Source: Octopus vulgaris
Taxonomy: Eukaryota
Assembly (NCBI GenBank): GCA_951406725.2
Contig: OX597821.1
Span: forward strand, 7,006,001 to 7,070,000
Direction: 5' to 3'
Length of the DNA: 64,000 nt
Shown: piece by piece, positions 46,554 to 59,318 of the stretch
Position numbering within the stretch: position 1 is the first letter of the stretch
Layout: every line of letters begins with the position of its first letter
The notes under the pieces: generated by a model
The model's input: only the letters and a program-made list of their open reading frames with translations
What the model was told of the DNA's origin: nothing
Databases searched by the model: none
Translations under genes and position numbers: made by a program

Positions 46554-46610
<57 letters not shown>

Positions 46611-46694
46611 ATCCAAACATGAAAACACAACAGCGCGAGGACGTGGAACAAGTATAGTGTTATTGGACGCTCAGGAAAGAAGTAAAGAAGGAGG

Positions 46695-46729
46695 GTTTAA
46701 CGTTTCGAGCGGAGCTCTTCGTCAGAAAC
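46695..46729 (-). ncRNA. Minimal type I hammerhead ribozyme (Penelope type)
   Basis: GTTT-CTGACGA-A-GAGC(TCC)GCTC-GAAA-CG-TT-AAAC, in a 190-bp module (46607-46797) abutting (TA)n. Confidence 0.8.
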
Positions 46730-47167
46730 ATAGGAAAAGGAAAGAACCAAAGAAGGAAAGACGGAGGAAAAATCGCCAACGGTACATACGCGGTCACGTA
46801 TGTATGTATGTATGTATGTATGTATGTATGTATGTATGTATGTATGTATGTATGTGTGTATGTATGTATGTATGTATGTATGTGTGTATGTATGTATGTA
46901 TGTATGTATGTATGTGTGTATGTATGTATGTATGTATGTATGTTTGTATGTATGTGTGTATGTATGTATGTATGTATGTATGTATGTATGTATGTATGTA
47001 TGTGTATGTATGTATGTATGTATGTATGTTTGTATGTATGTACATATGTATGTTTGTATGTATGTATGTATGTATGTATGTATGTATGTTTGTATGTATA
47101 TATGTATGTATGTGTGTATGTATGTATGTATGTATGTATGTATGTATATATGTATGTATGTATGTAT

Positions 47168-47748
47168 ACGACGGCGTCTCTCAGTTTCCGCCTACCAAAT
47201 CTATTCAACAAGGCTTCGGTCGTCCCGCAACTATAGCAGATGATTCTTGCACATAGTGTCACGCAGTAGAGCTGAACCCAAGACCATATGTTTGGGAAGC
47301 AAGCTTCTTAACCCCACAGACACGTCTGTGTAATACATATATAATGATGAATATATGCATATTGTCGAGGTCAGAGGATCGCGGTTTCGGTTCTCAGAGC
47401 GGGCGTTGTGAGTGTTTATTGAGCGAAAACACTTAAATCTCCACAAGACTCCGGTAAGGGGGGTGGCGAACCCTATTGTATTCTTTCACCACATCTTTCT
47501 CTCACTCTTTCTTCTTGTTTCTGTTGTATCTCTATTTCAAAAGGCCAGCCTTGTCACACTCTGTGTCACGCTGAATCTCCCTGAGAACATATGGTCTTGG
47601 GTTCAGTTCTACTGCGTGACACTATGTGCAAGTATCATCTACTATACATGTCTGTGGAGTGCTCAGCCACTTGCACGTTAATTTCACGAGCAGGCTGTTC
47701 CGTTGATCGGTTCAACTGGAACCCTCGTCGTAACCGACGGAGTGCCAC
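47168..47748. mobile_element. SINE family B (minus) next to SINE family C (plus)
   Basis: Family motifs present. The C copy carries an inverted piece of the B copy. Confidence 0.75.
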
Positions 47749-48239
47749 GATATGCAGATCACATACTGTGTAATAGTTATTCTTGGATTTTTTAAAATTA
47801 TCTTGCATTCAAGAAAAGAGTAAATTTTATACCCTTATTCTCTTTAGTTTCCAAATACACACCGATAGGCACTCGCTTAACTAACTTTCGTTTAAACTTT
47901 TTACGTTTCCCGGAGTCATTAATGTTTTCTACGCATGCGTATCTTACCTGTTAGAGGGGAAATAGAACAATAGCTATGCTTATGACGCCTATTGTGGCAC
48001 AAACCCGTTGCCACATCTGAACTCATGTCACCCGACAGATAGACTTTTCGGCTGAGCTACGTCAGTTTTGGAGAGGTCTTGACTTCTGAGATTATCTCCC
48101 CTTCATATTTAAAGATGGTCGCAATTGCCACAAGGCATTTGTTTACTTTCCTTTCAAAGGCAAGATGATTTCAATAAATCAAAAATATATCTCCCATGGA
48201 ATTTGATATAACCTTATTCGTCTCAATTGTCCATTATTA

Positions 48240-48595
48240 AATTTTGGCACGAGGCCAGCAATTTTGGGAGAGAGGCTAAGTCCATTACTTCGACCCCAGT
48301 CTTCAACTGGTACTTATTTTATCGACCCCGAATGATGAAAGGCAAAGTCAACACCGGCTGCATTTAAGTGCAGAACGTAAAGACGGGCGAAATGCCGCTA
48401 AAAATTTTGCCTGGAGTCCTAACAATTCCGCCAGTTCGAAGCCTTAGATCCATCTTTGAATATTGGTGAACTGAAATCTAACCCCGGCTGATTATGAATT
48501 AGCATATATCTACACACTTACTTACCAGTTTCCTCTCTCTCCAGCTTCCTTGTCTTCCTTGTCTAATTCTAAAATGATTATGATGATGATGATGG

Positions 48596-48654
<59 letters not shown>

Positions 48655-48658
48655 ATGG

Positions 48659-48709
<51 letters not shown>

Positions 48710-48727
48710 GTGATGATGGTGATGGTG

Positions 48728-48790
<63 letters not shown>

Positions 48791-48826
48791 ATGATGATGA
48801 TGATGATGATGGTGGTGATGATGATG

Positions 48827-48858
<32 letters not shown>

Positions 48859-49080
48859 GATGACGATGATGATGATGACGTCATTGACAAGCACGACGAT
48901 AATGGATTTTTATCGTTTCCACTACTGGAAATACGTACCAGCACTCGACTGACTGGTACGTATTTCATCGACTCTGAAAGGATAAAAGTGGACTTCAGTA
49001 GAACTCAGAACGTAAAACCGGGAGAAATGCTGCCAAGCACTTCGTCCGGCGTGCTAACTAGCAATTCTGCTTATTCTCCA
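48240..49080 (-). mobile_element. Two degraded SINE family A copies flanking a (GAT)/(GGT) tract
   Basis: Family motifs at 48240-48445 and 48930-49080. Confidence 0.65.
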
Positions 49081-49397
49081 CTTTTGTGACGATGACGATG
49101 ATGATGATGATAAAGAGGAGGAGCAGGAGGAGGAAGAGGAGGAGGAGGACGTTGGTGGTGATGATGATGAGACGGAAGAAGTGAAGGAGTAGGAGAAGGA
49201 ATACGATTGGTGGGGTGGCTATTCGTGCTCGCATATTGCTAGAATAATACAATGGTTGCATGGTTGTAAAAATTAGCGCTGTTTCTTGTTTGTTTTATGA
49301 TCTCATTTTTGTATTCTTCCTCTTTATTTTGCCTCCCCTCTCACTTCCGCCTACCGCGTTGTCTCCCCTCTGCCCTCCCTCTCTCTCTCCCTCTCTC

Positions 49398-49436
<39 letters not shown>

Positions 49437-49884
49437 AACAACATCACAGCCTGATTTCTCATAAATATATTCATATCTGCTGCTAACATGTAATAAATTC
49501 ATACACACGTACAGATGCACGCACGCACATATTCACATGCAGACAAACAGACTGACAGACAAACGGACAGACAGACTAACAGACAGATAGGCAAACAGAC
49601 AGGCAGTCAGAATGACTGACAGACAGACAGTAAGACAAACAGACAGATAGGTAGGTAGGTAGATAGGTATGTAGGTAGGTAGGTAGGTAGGTAGGTAGGT
49701 AGGTAGGTAGGTAGGTAGGTAGGTAGGTAAGTAGGTAGGTAGGTAGGTAGGTAGGTAGGTAGGTAGGTAGGTAGGTTGGTAGGTATGTTGGTAGGTAGGT
49801 AGGTAGGTAGGTAGGTAGGTAGGTAGGTAGGTAGTTAGGTAGGTAGATATATAGGTAGGTAGATGAATAGATAGATAGACAGAC

Positions 49885-49931
<47 letters not shown>

Positions 49932-49936
49932 TAGAC

Positions 49937-49972
<36 letters not shown>

Positions 49973-50050
49973 TATACTTTACATGTTATACTTTACATAG
50001 CTTATATTTTACATGTTCTACATTCGGACATGGAAAAGCAATACGGCTCT

Positions 50051-50100
50051 GTATGCGTAGCTGATGATGCGTAACGACGCAGAAATGCATGCCTCCATAC
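50051..50100 (+). ncRNA. Degenerate hammerhead motif
   Basis: GTATGCGTAG-CTGATGA-TGCGT(AACG)ACGCA-GAAA-TGCATGC-CTCCATAC. Core and helix II are perfect; the cleavage triplet and helix I are imperfect. Confidence 0.55.
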
Positions 50101-50359
50101 CGTGCGGTGACATCAATCATGGCCCAATGGTGTGTTTACACCCTTATTGTCTATAAGGAGAATTTCTTCTCTCGATTCAACTTGTGCAGAGTATTGTCTT
50201 TCCGTGTCCAAATGTACATGAACAGGTTAAATATGGTTATGCACAACTATCTTTCATTCAACGATAATTAATACTCATTTAATTAGTTTATTAGAGTTTA
50301 ACAGTATTTATTTTGGCTTGCTATTGTTGTTGTTGTTGTTGTTGTTGTTGATGCTGTAT

Positions 50360-50760
50360 ATTTTGCAGCTTTGATTGGTGCGTTGGTAGCTCGTGGGGCA
50401 GGAAACTCTGCGGAGTTCCATTCTCATACAAGTGTAACATTTAGGCCTTCTAACCTTAGCCACCACCTTCATTTGCAATTCGGTGCAGAACCATTCAAAA
50501 ATATTGCAGATGTACTTAGGTGCAGCCAACATCAAGAACTCCATGAACTTTTCCGTTCAGTTTTGTCTTACCCTTACATGTTTTGACCCCTCCGTGTTTT
50601 TTCAACCAGAGACACCACTCTAGCTCGGTTTCTCTTGTGTGACAAGTTGGACACTCTCCACTTTGCAACTTGCCGTTCCATGCACAGTGGAATATGTACG
50701 ATTCTAGTGAGGTGTACTTTGTAGTTGAGACTCTGTACCTTCTATTCATTACGGCAAATA
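50360..50760 (-). mobile_element. Probable LINE ORF1 (gag-like zinc knuckle) relic
   Basis: RRPKCYTCMRMELRRVSCP resembles a decayed CCHC knuckle. Loosely similar to 63310-63620. Confidence 0.4.
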
Positions 50761-51021
50761 GCTACTACTGCACAATACAATTTCTCTATAGTTACATATC
50801 ATATGGAAACCCATTCTTCTGTCCCGGTTTCCTATTATTCAGCTTATGTATCCTAATGCTGTTACTCAATTTCTTTCCGACAACAATAAACATCTCATCT
50901 AATCGGTTTTCTTTCTATTTGCTGCAAGAGAGACAAATCAAAAACGTTACGAAGACAAGTGCAAAGCATTTAGGATTTTTACATCACGAAAAAATAATTA
51001 TTACAATGTTTATGAGAGAGA

Positions 51022-51530
51022 GTGGGGGGCGCAGTGGCCCAGTGGTTAGGGCAGCAGACTCGTGGTCGTAGGATCGCGGTTTCGATTCCCAGACCGGGCA
51101 TTGTGAGTGTTTATTGAGCGAAAACACCTATAGCTCTACGAGGCTACGGCAGGGGGTGGTGGTGAATCATGCTGTACGGTTTCACCACAACTTTCTCTCA
51201 CTCTTACTTCCTGCTTTTGTTGTACCTTCATTTCAAAGGGCCAGCCTTGTCACACTCTGTGTCACGCTGAATCTCCCCGAGAACTACATTAAGGGTACAG
51301 GTATCAGTGGAGTGCTCAGCCACTTGCACGTTAATAAATGAGCTGCGACGTCACTGGTGCCAAGTTGTATCGTCCTTTGCCTTTCCCTTGGATAACATCG
51401 GTGGCGTGGAGAGAGGAGGCTGGTATGCATGGGCGACTGCTGGTCTTCCATAAGCAACCTTGCCCAGACTTTTGCCTCGGAAGGTAACTTTCTAGGTGCA
51501 ATCCCTTGGTCATTCATGAATGAAGGGGTC
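51022..51530 (+). mobile_element. SINE family C with an extended 3' part
   Basis: Family C head at about 51022 and body as in 47370-47748, then a different 3' segment. Confidence 0.75.
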
Positions 51531-51587
51531 ACAATATATATATATATATATACACACATACACACACAGACACATACTCTTTTAATT

Positions 51588-52430
51588 GTTTCAGTCATTT
51601 GACTGTGGCCATGCTGGAGCACCTCCTTTAGCCGTGCAAATCGACCCCAGGATTTATTTTTTGTAAGCCTAGTACTTATTCTATCGGTCTCTTTTGCCGA
51701 ATCGCTAGATTACGGGTACGTAAACACACCAGCATCGGTTGTCAAGCGATGTTGGGCGAGGGGGACAAACACAGACGCACAAGCATATACACACATACAT
51801 AGATATATACATTTACACGACGGGCTTCTTTCAGTTTCCGTCTATCAAATCCACTCACATGGTTTATGTCGGCCCGCGGATATAGTAGAAGACAGTTGCC
51901 CAAGATGCCACGCAGTGGGCCTGAACCCGGAACCATGTGGTTGGTAAGCAAGCTACTTACCACGCAGTCCAATGGCCGAAACACGTAAAAGATAAAAGAT
52001 TATACATAGGCGCAGGAGTGGCTATGTGGTAAGTAGCTTGCTTACCAACCACATGGTTCCGGATTCAGGCCCACTGCGTGGCACCTCGGGCAAATGTCTT
52101 CTTCTATAGCCTCGGGCCGACATAAGCCTTGTGAGTGGATTTGGTAGACGGAAACTGAAGGAAGCCCTCGTATATATGTATATATATGTATATGTATGTG
52201 TGTGTGTATATGTTTGCGTGTCTGTGTTTGTCCCCCCAACATCGCTTGAAAACCGATACTGGTGTGTTTAAGTCTCTGTAACTTAGCGTTTCGGCAAAGA
52301 GATCAATAGAATAAGTACTAAGCTTACAAAATAATAAGTCATGAGGTCGATTTGCTCGATTAAAAGGCGGTGCTCCAGCATGGCCACAGTCAAATGACTG
52401 AAACCAGTAAAAGAGTAAAAGAGTAAAGAG
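51588..52430. mobile_element. Head-to-head pair of SINE family B copies
   Basis: Minus copy about 51588-51968 and plus copy about 52008-52430. Confidence 0.85.
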
Positions 52431-53087
52431 TATGTTATTCATATAAATGCCACTGGTCCCTCTGCGTTGTTTCTCTTGGCGCACTTTTGTTTATTATACA
52501 CACACACACAAACACATACATTTTATCACTGCTTTTGCGTATTCCCATGACTCTCTGTCGCCATCCAATTCCATTTTTATGAATTTGAGTTGGAAGTTTG
52601 AGCCATAATAATTCTTTCATTAGCTAATTACACAATCATGGACGCCATCCCTAAGGATGCGTTGCAGTTACTCTCTTGGAAGAGAGCTTGGTGATCCTAA
52701 CCGTTGGTCTTCAAGGATTTCTCCGCTCAGCATCAATGTAAGAAGCACCGTTGGCCCCAAGTTGATCCCTCCCGCTACGTCTTCTCAATACGCCATGCTG
52801 CAGTCCCATGATATCACCGTATCACTGGCAGGATGGCCGAACGGGTGTTATGTCCAAAGGGCAGTCCGTAACTATACAGGGCACGGTCGTCATTCGGTCA
52901 AATATATTCAAGTTACATATATCATATACTCACACACACATACACACACACATGCACACACACACATGCACACACACACACATGCACACACACACACACA
53001 CACTCACATGCACACACACGCACATACATACACACACGCTCACGCACGCACACGCACGCACGCGCACGCACGCATAAACAGAAATTC

Positions 53088-53178
<91 letters not shown>

Positions 53179-54855
53179 GCAGTTTATTTTTACCCTTCTT
53201 AATATATAGATGACTATATTAATCTCATACAGGCTTCTGTTGCATATAACGGATTTTTACACGAATATATACATACATATATATATATATATATGTATGT
53301 ATATATGTATGAATGTATATACGTTCACACACACACACACATATATGCATACATACATACATACATACATACATACATACATACATACATACATACATAC
53401 ATACATACATACATACATACATACATACACGTCAATTATAATGATTATGATGGTTATGATAGTACCACTGAAGCTATAAATCAATAAATAAAGTTTATAA
53501 AGTTATTTCAGTGAAAAATCTGTGAAAAAGTGAAGTAACACTTGTTTCCGTAACGTCTGTCTCCATAATGAATGAACGGCTAGAAAAAGGATGGAAGGAG
53601 GAGGAGGAAGAGGGAGGGAGGAGGGGAGGGAGGGAGGGAGGGAGGGAGGAGGGAAGAGGAGGAGGAAATGGGCGGCTTTTCAAAACGCCATCGAATTAGT
53701 AGAAGCACAAAACAAAAGATAAATAACTAAGCAAATAAACAGAAAAGTTCCCTGCGCAAATGATTCGATGATTTTTTTTCATATCGAAATAATGGATGGA
53801 TTGAAAGGACAGCATTCTGCATGAACACAAGTTGTATTAAAACTATTGAATTATTGAAATATGCAATATGTCGCCATCGCCATCGCCATTACCTGTATCA
53901 ACATCTACAACAATGACGTCATCAGTAACATCAGAAAGCAGCCAATGAGCGAACAGCTATGTGATCGACACGATCTGGAGAAAAAAAGAAAAGACCCCCC
54001 ATAGCCAAATCTCCCTCTCGTCACATCTCACTGAAATATTGAATGTTCCATAATTGTCTTATATTGTTATGTTAATTACTAATAGTAGAATTACGTGAGA
54101 TCACGAAAGTCTTGTGCGCATGCGTATTGGTATGTAGTAGAACAAACTTGCGATTTATTTTTTGAATTTTTTTAATGGTGGATAAAACGACTTCATTAGT
54201 CGATGACTTATGAAATGTAGAACATGTCTATGGTTGGATATTGGTGTCTGCTTTAGGCACAAGGGTAGCAGTTTTTAGGGGCAGGTTTTTAGACTGGTAT
54301 TTTGTTGTACCGACCCCGAAAGGATGAAAGGCGGAATTGATTTCGACAGGATTCGAACTTAAATTGTAAAAAGCCGGAAGAAAGAGATATAACATTTTAT
54401 TTTGACGCCCTAACAATTCTGCTGATGGATATTGGCTCTAAAAATTCACATATTACAAGATACACGTTGTCTTGAAACAAACAAAAATAGAATAAAGGAG
54501 CTAAGAGAATATTTTAATCCATAATGCATCTGAGAACGAAACCGATGGAACAGCCCTTTGTGGATTGCTTTTGATCACAGATATGATCGATCAGAGCTGA
54601 TATCACCAATAACACCAACAACCAGATAGCAACAGGAGCCAAAGAGGAGCCATTTTAAGTTCGCTTGGCCTACTAGAAATAACGGCCAAATTTTCCTCAA
54701 ATTACACCCTACTTTTATATCTTTAGTAATGAAAGAATTCATGGGGCAATTACGTACAAAGCACTTCTAAAAATCGGGGTGATCACAGCAGTATTGTCTT
54801 TGATGATAGGTTTGTGCAATTAGGGTTCACCTAGGTTGAAACAATAACAGCAAGT

Positions 54856-55328
54856 GGAGGCGCAATGGCCCAATGGTTAGGGCAGCGGACTCGCGGTCGT
54901 AAGAACGCGGTTTCGATTCCCAGACTGGGCATTGTGAGTGTTTATTGAGCAAAAGCACCTAAGCTCCACGAGGCTCCAGTGGTGTGGGGTGAACCTCGCT
55001 GTACTCTTTCACTACAACTTTCTCTCACTCTTTCTTCCTACTTCTGCCACAAAGCAGAGGAACCATGGTGTAACCCACTATGGTGTGGTAAACTTTCAGA
55101 CCCTAGTCTAGATTGCGAATCCTCTGTACGTCAGGGTGGTTCAGCTCTCAACCCGTTAAAAGCCACCGTTTACAGAATGAGGATAACAACGTAGCTTTCG
55201 CGCCTGTGCAACCGCCAATCTATCGCGTGTGGTGGGTGGATCTTCAAGTTGCCACACGCATTCTTAATAGCTTAGAGTAGGCTCGAATTAGAGATTATTC
55301 TTTGTGGCTAATGGCGTGAGTCCTGATT
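54856..55328 (+). mobile_element. SINE family C head with a distinct 3' tail ending in (AAG)n
   Basis: Head GGAGGCGCAATGGCCCAATGGTTAGGGC; the tail is unrelated to other C copies. Confidence 0.7.
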
Positions 55329-55881
55329 AGAAGAAGAAGAAGAAGAAGAAGAAGAAGAAGAAGAAGAAGAAGAAGAAGAAGAAGAAGAAGAAGAAGAAGA
55401 AGAAGAACAAGAACAAGAAGAACAAGAAGAACAAGAAGAACAAGAACAACAACAACAACAACAACAACAGCAATAATCATAGCGAGAATGTCCTTAACAA
55501 TAATATCTACATTAACTTCCGCTTCTTTAGAATCTAATCTTGCAACTATGATTATGTTACCAGGAGCCACCGATACTCTCCTCCGGGTATCATGTTCCAT
55601 CCCAGTCTCTTCCAAGCTGGACTCTCCACTTGCTCCGGCACTCGATGATAGCCTTATGTCTTCATCGGTGGATGTCTCTAAGTCTATTGTTGATGTTTCT
55701 GACAATTTGGACTGTACTATTAACTGCCGTTTCTGAGAGCATCTTTTCATTGCCCGAAACAACCCACGTGTAAATTCCTCAAACCCTTCTCTTCCTTCAT
55801 TTACCAGCGAACTCCAGCACCAGGGGTGGCAGGGAGACTCAACCATTTAGGAAACAACGATGCATTTCAACACCCGCGCAC

Positions 55882-56000
55882 CATCGTTTGTTACTGAAAG
55901 AACGCTGGTTCACACATACAAACACTCACATACTTCCCTTGTACACGCACACACACATACACACATATACTCACCAGCGTTCTTTCAGTAACAAACGATG
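55882..56000. repeat. Perfect 28-bp inverted repeat around a CA-rich 63-bp spacer
   Basis: CATCGTTTGTTACTGAAAGAACGCTGGT at 55882-55909 and its exact reverse complement at 55973-56000. Confidence 0.95.
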
Positions 56001-57427
56001 ATCGATGTCACATCTCAAAAGACAACCACTAGATAACATTGACAGGTGTATTAATTTGATTTACCATCCATATTCTATTTGTTTTGTTAAAAATAATTAT
56101 TACAATCACATACACCTACACAAACGTATACACATACAAACTCATTCGAGAAAATAATTATTGCCTGAGTGTATGAAGAATATAAAACGACTGAAGTTGA
56201 AAGGTATATTATAAAAATGATAATAAAAGAATTATTAAACTAAAAACTTGGTTTTGTATCTTATTTATATATAAAATACAACAATTAGCCGTCATTTTTT
56301 ACGACACAGGGTCAGTTAGTATATTTTATATTCTTCATTCTATATCCTACACACTGTGTATTCTCAATATTTATGTCTAAATTTGTATTTTAATTCAAAT
56401 CTTGCCGAATCGGTTTTGTTCATCATAAAATAGCATTCGTGAGGCGTTGGTCGCATAATAGTAAAGTTGTGAGTTCGATGTCTGGGTCGGGTGATGTGTT
56501 GTGTCAATGAGCAAAGCACTTTTATTTCGCCTTCCTCCAGTTTACTTAGCTGAAAATGAGGACCATCCTAGTGCTGGTACTGCTCTCGCTTTCACTTTTT
56601 CTCCCACCCCCTCTCCCTGTCTCCGCCCCCTTCTGCTGTCACGTCCACGATGCTCCGCTGAGTCAAGCGCGGAAGGGTCGCGGAAGAGACTATGATTGCT
56701 CGTGACTACATAGACACATTAATCAATTAACGAGAACGTGATATTAGCTGCCTGGTCCTACACGTTTATTGAGTCACTGCCAAGCTTGTTTAATCCAAGG
56801 CCATTAATGGTGAAAGACATTCCAACCATGCCATTTACCATAACTATTTACCCATAATTCCATTGTTCTGAGTGACCCTTATTTTTAAAGTAGGTTGAGA
56901 TTTGAGAAAGATTTAGTTGCTACCTTTTGGTAGGTGGAGGTTGGCCATCTTGTCGGTAACCAAGTTGACTGCCCCTTCCTTAAATATAATATACCTTCAA
57001 CTACATGTGTAATGGAATATCAAATACATTCGTTGGTTTGTTTTGTTTTTTTCGTACGACAGTGGCACTCCATTGTCATAAATCTGAAAACCTAAAATTT
57101 ATTCAAATTTCAAAAAACAATAATCAAATGTTGTACAGGAAGAATAGAGCGACAAAAACAAATACATAAAACGTTACTATGAAAATATTTTTCACATTAA
57201 TTCAAATAACATTGGAAAGGGTTACAATAGAAATGGGGATGGGACGGGGAAACGAGCAAATTTATCTGACAACTTAATCTATAAAGCGACCGTTCGGTCT
57301 GCACACGCTACGTTTCATCACTGCTCTCTGGTCGGTTCAAATGAGCAGCTGCAATACATTGGTTTCAGATTTTAGCACAAGGCCAGCAACTTCGGAGGTA
57401 GGGGTAAATACATTACATCAAATGGTA

Positions 57428-57575
57428 CTGGGGCGAGCTGGCAGAAACGTTAGCACACCGGACGAAATGCTTAGCGGTATTTCGTCTGCCGTTACGTTCA
57501 GAGTTCAAATTCCGCCGAGGTCGACTTTGCCTTTCATCCTTTCGGGGTCGATAAATTAAGTACCAGTTATGCACT
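57428..57575 (+). mobile_element. SINE family A
   Basis: Family motifs present. Confidence 0.8.
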
Positions 57576-57629
57576 GTGTATGTATACAGACATGACAGAA
57601 GTAAATAGACATCCTTATAATCATTAAAC

Positions 57630-58262
57630 TTTATTTAAGTCTGAAATTATACATTCAAATTATTTATTAACTAATATAATGAGAATATTTAATCATTAGT
57701 AGACATGCCCATTGCATTTTCCAGTGCAAGGACCATATTTGGTATGTTACTGATCAGATGACGAATATTCTCTTGAGGAATTTCTTGCCAAGTTTCATGC
57801 AATAATCTCAAAAGATCTGGCTTTGAAGAGGCTTTCTTGTTCTTTTTATGAAGTGTCCTATCCATTATGTCCCAGAAGCGTTCAATAAGGTTCATATCTG
57901 ATGCCTGGCTTGGCCATGGAAGCTTTCTAATGCCATTCTCATCAAACAAATCTTGAGTCATTTTAGCTGTGTGACAAGGAGTCCCATCTTCCATAAATAA
58001 AGAATCTTCATTAATCATTTCACCAGTGGAGAAGATTGGAAGGAGTCCTTTCTGCAATATGGACATATATTTATCTGAGTTTGTTTCCCTCACACTCCAC
58101 CAGCTCCTATTAACCATTGCTCCAAATTACTCCTCAGATCATCACAGAGTAGCTGCCGTGTTTCATTGTTGGCTGCAATCTTTTCACATCAAATTCTTGA
58201 TCACAAGGTCATGGACAGTCTGTGCCAAGCGGCTTCACTCTGCGTGCTTTAGAATCCGGATA
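57630..58262 (-). mobile_element. Tc1-family DDE transposase relic
   Basis: ORF 57689-58117: FMEDGTPCHTAK..LPWPSQASDMNLIERFWD..WQEIPQENIRHLISNIP. Confidence 0.88.
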
Positions 58263-58286
58263 CTTATTAATAGGACATCGTGTGTG

Positions 58287-58322
<36 letters not shown>

Positions 58323-58433
58323 GCGAGTACTTGATCGTGTGCTGGAACGAAAACACTTGCAGCGTGGAAGGTGTTTATAAGCCATTTAAGAAACACACAA
58401 AACCGTTAGATTCACTTCAACATTTAAATTTAA

Positions 58434-58484
58434 TTTGTCAAAATATTTTCGTCGCTTTGGGACCGCGACCTGTTCACTGACAAA
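58434..58484 (-). ncRNA. Hammerhead-fold motif with swapped G3-C8 core (GUGAACA)
   Basis: TTTGTCA-GTGAACA-G-GTCGC(GGTCCCAAA)GCGAC-GAAA-ATAT-TT-TGACAAA. Confidence 0.7.
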
Positions 58485-58505
58485 ATTTCGTGCTGCAATT
58501 TATTT

Positions 58506-58572
<67 letters not shown>

Positions 58573-58582
58573 CCATTCTAGC

Positions 58583-58630
58583 AAAAACTGTCTGATGAAC
58601 GGCAACGAGAAACTCAGAGTAACAGATTTT
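58583..58630 (+). ncRNA. Minimal hammerhead motif
   Basis: AAAAACTGT-CTGATGA-ACG(GCAA)CGA-GAAA-CTCAGAG-TA-ACAGATTTT, identical to 61762-61809. Confidence 0.7.
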
Positions 58631-58657
58631 GTTGAATTTTCTGCTGCTTTAAATAAA

Positions 58658-58778
<121 letters not shown>

Positions 58779-58849
58779 TATATACATATATATATACATA
58801 TATATATACATATATATATACATACATATATACATACATATATACATAC

Positions 58850-58883
<34 letters not shown>

Positions 58884-59013
58884 ATTTATATATATATGTA
58901 TATATATATATATAACGGGAAGCTTTATAGAAAATAAACAAAAGACGAAGGCAGGTGGAAAACAAACGAACAATTGTATTAGTATGGCGCTCAGGAAATA
59001 TAAATAAAACAAG

Positions 59014-59051
59014 TCTTTAACGTTTCGAGCCTACGCTCTTCAACAGAAAGA
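59014..59051 (-). ncRNA. pLTR hammerhead motif of the Penelope-like element (core CUGUUGA)
   Basis: TCTTT-CTGTTGA-A-GAGC(GTAG)GCTC-GAAA-CG-TT-AAAGA, the same architecture as 46695-46729. Confidence 0.7.
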
Positions 59052-59233
59052 TACACGGAGAGAGAAAAACACAGAAAGAAGGAGAGAAAAAAATGCGTGC
59101 AGTAGCTAACGAATCAACATGGCGATCTGATTTCGGCCAGAGGTCAAAGATCAAACATGAGACGCGAGAGCGAAATAAGGGGAGATAATAGGGTTGATAA
59201 ATGGGTTGAGGGACCAGCTAAAAGTGCGTGGGA

Positions 59234-59283
59234 GGGGTCTGGATGTGTGTATGTATAGGGTTGGTGTATGTATTAGTATGTAT

Positions 59284-59318
<35 letters not shown>

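Noticed and set aside
52657-52920. 181-aa plus-strand ORF
   Set aside because: The second half is (CA)n and the first half looks like the antisense of a decayed RTE 3' end; too degraded to call.
55295-55846. 183-aa ORF as a host gene exon
   Set aside because: The C-terminal part is microsatellite, and there is no recognisable domain or supported splice structure. Kept only as a low-interest note.
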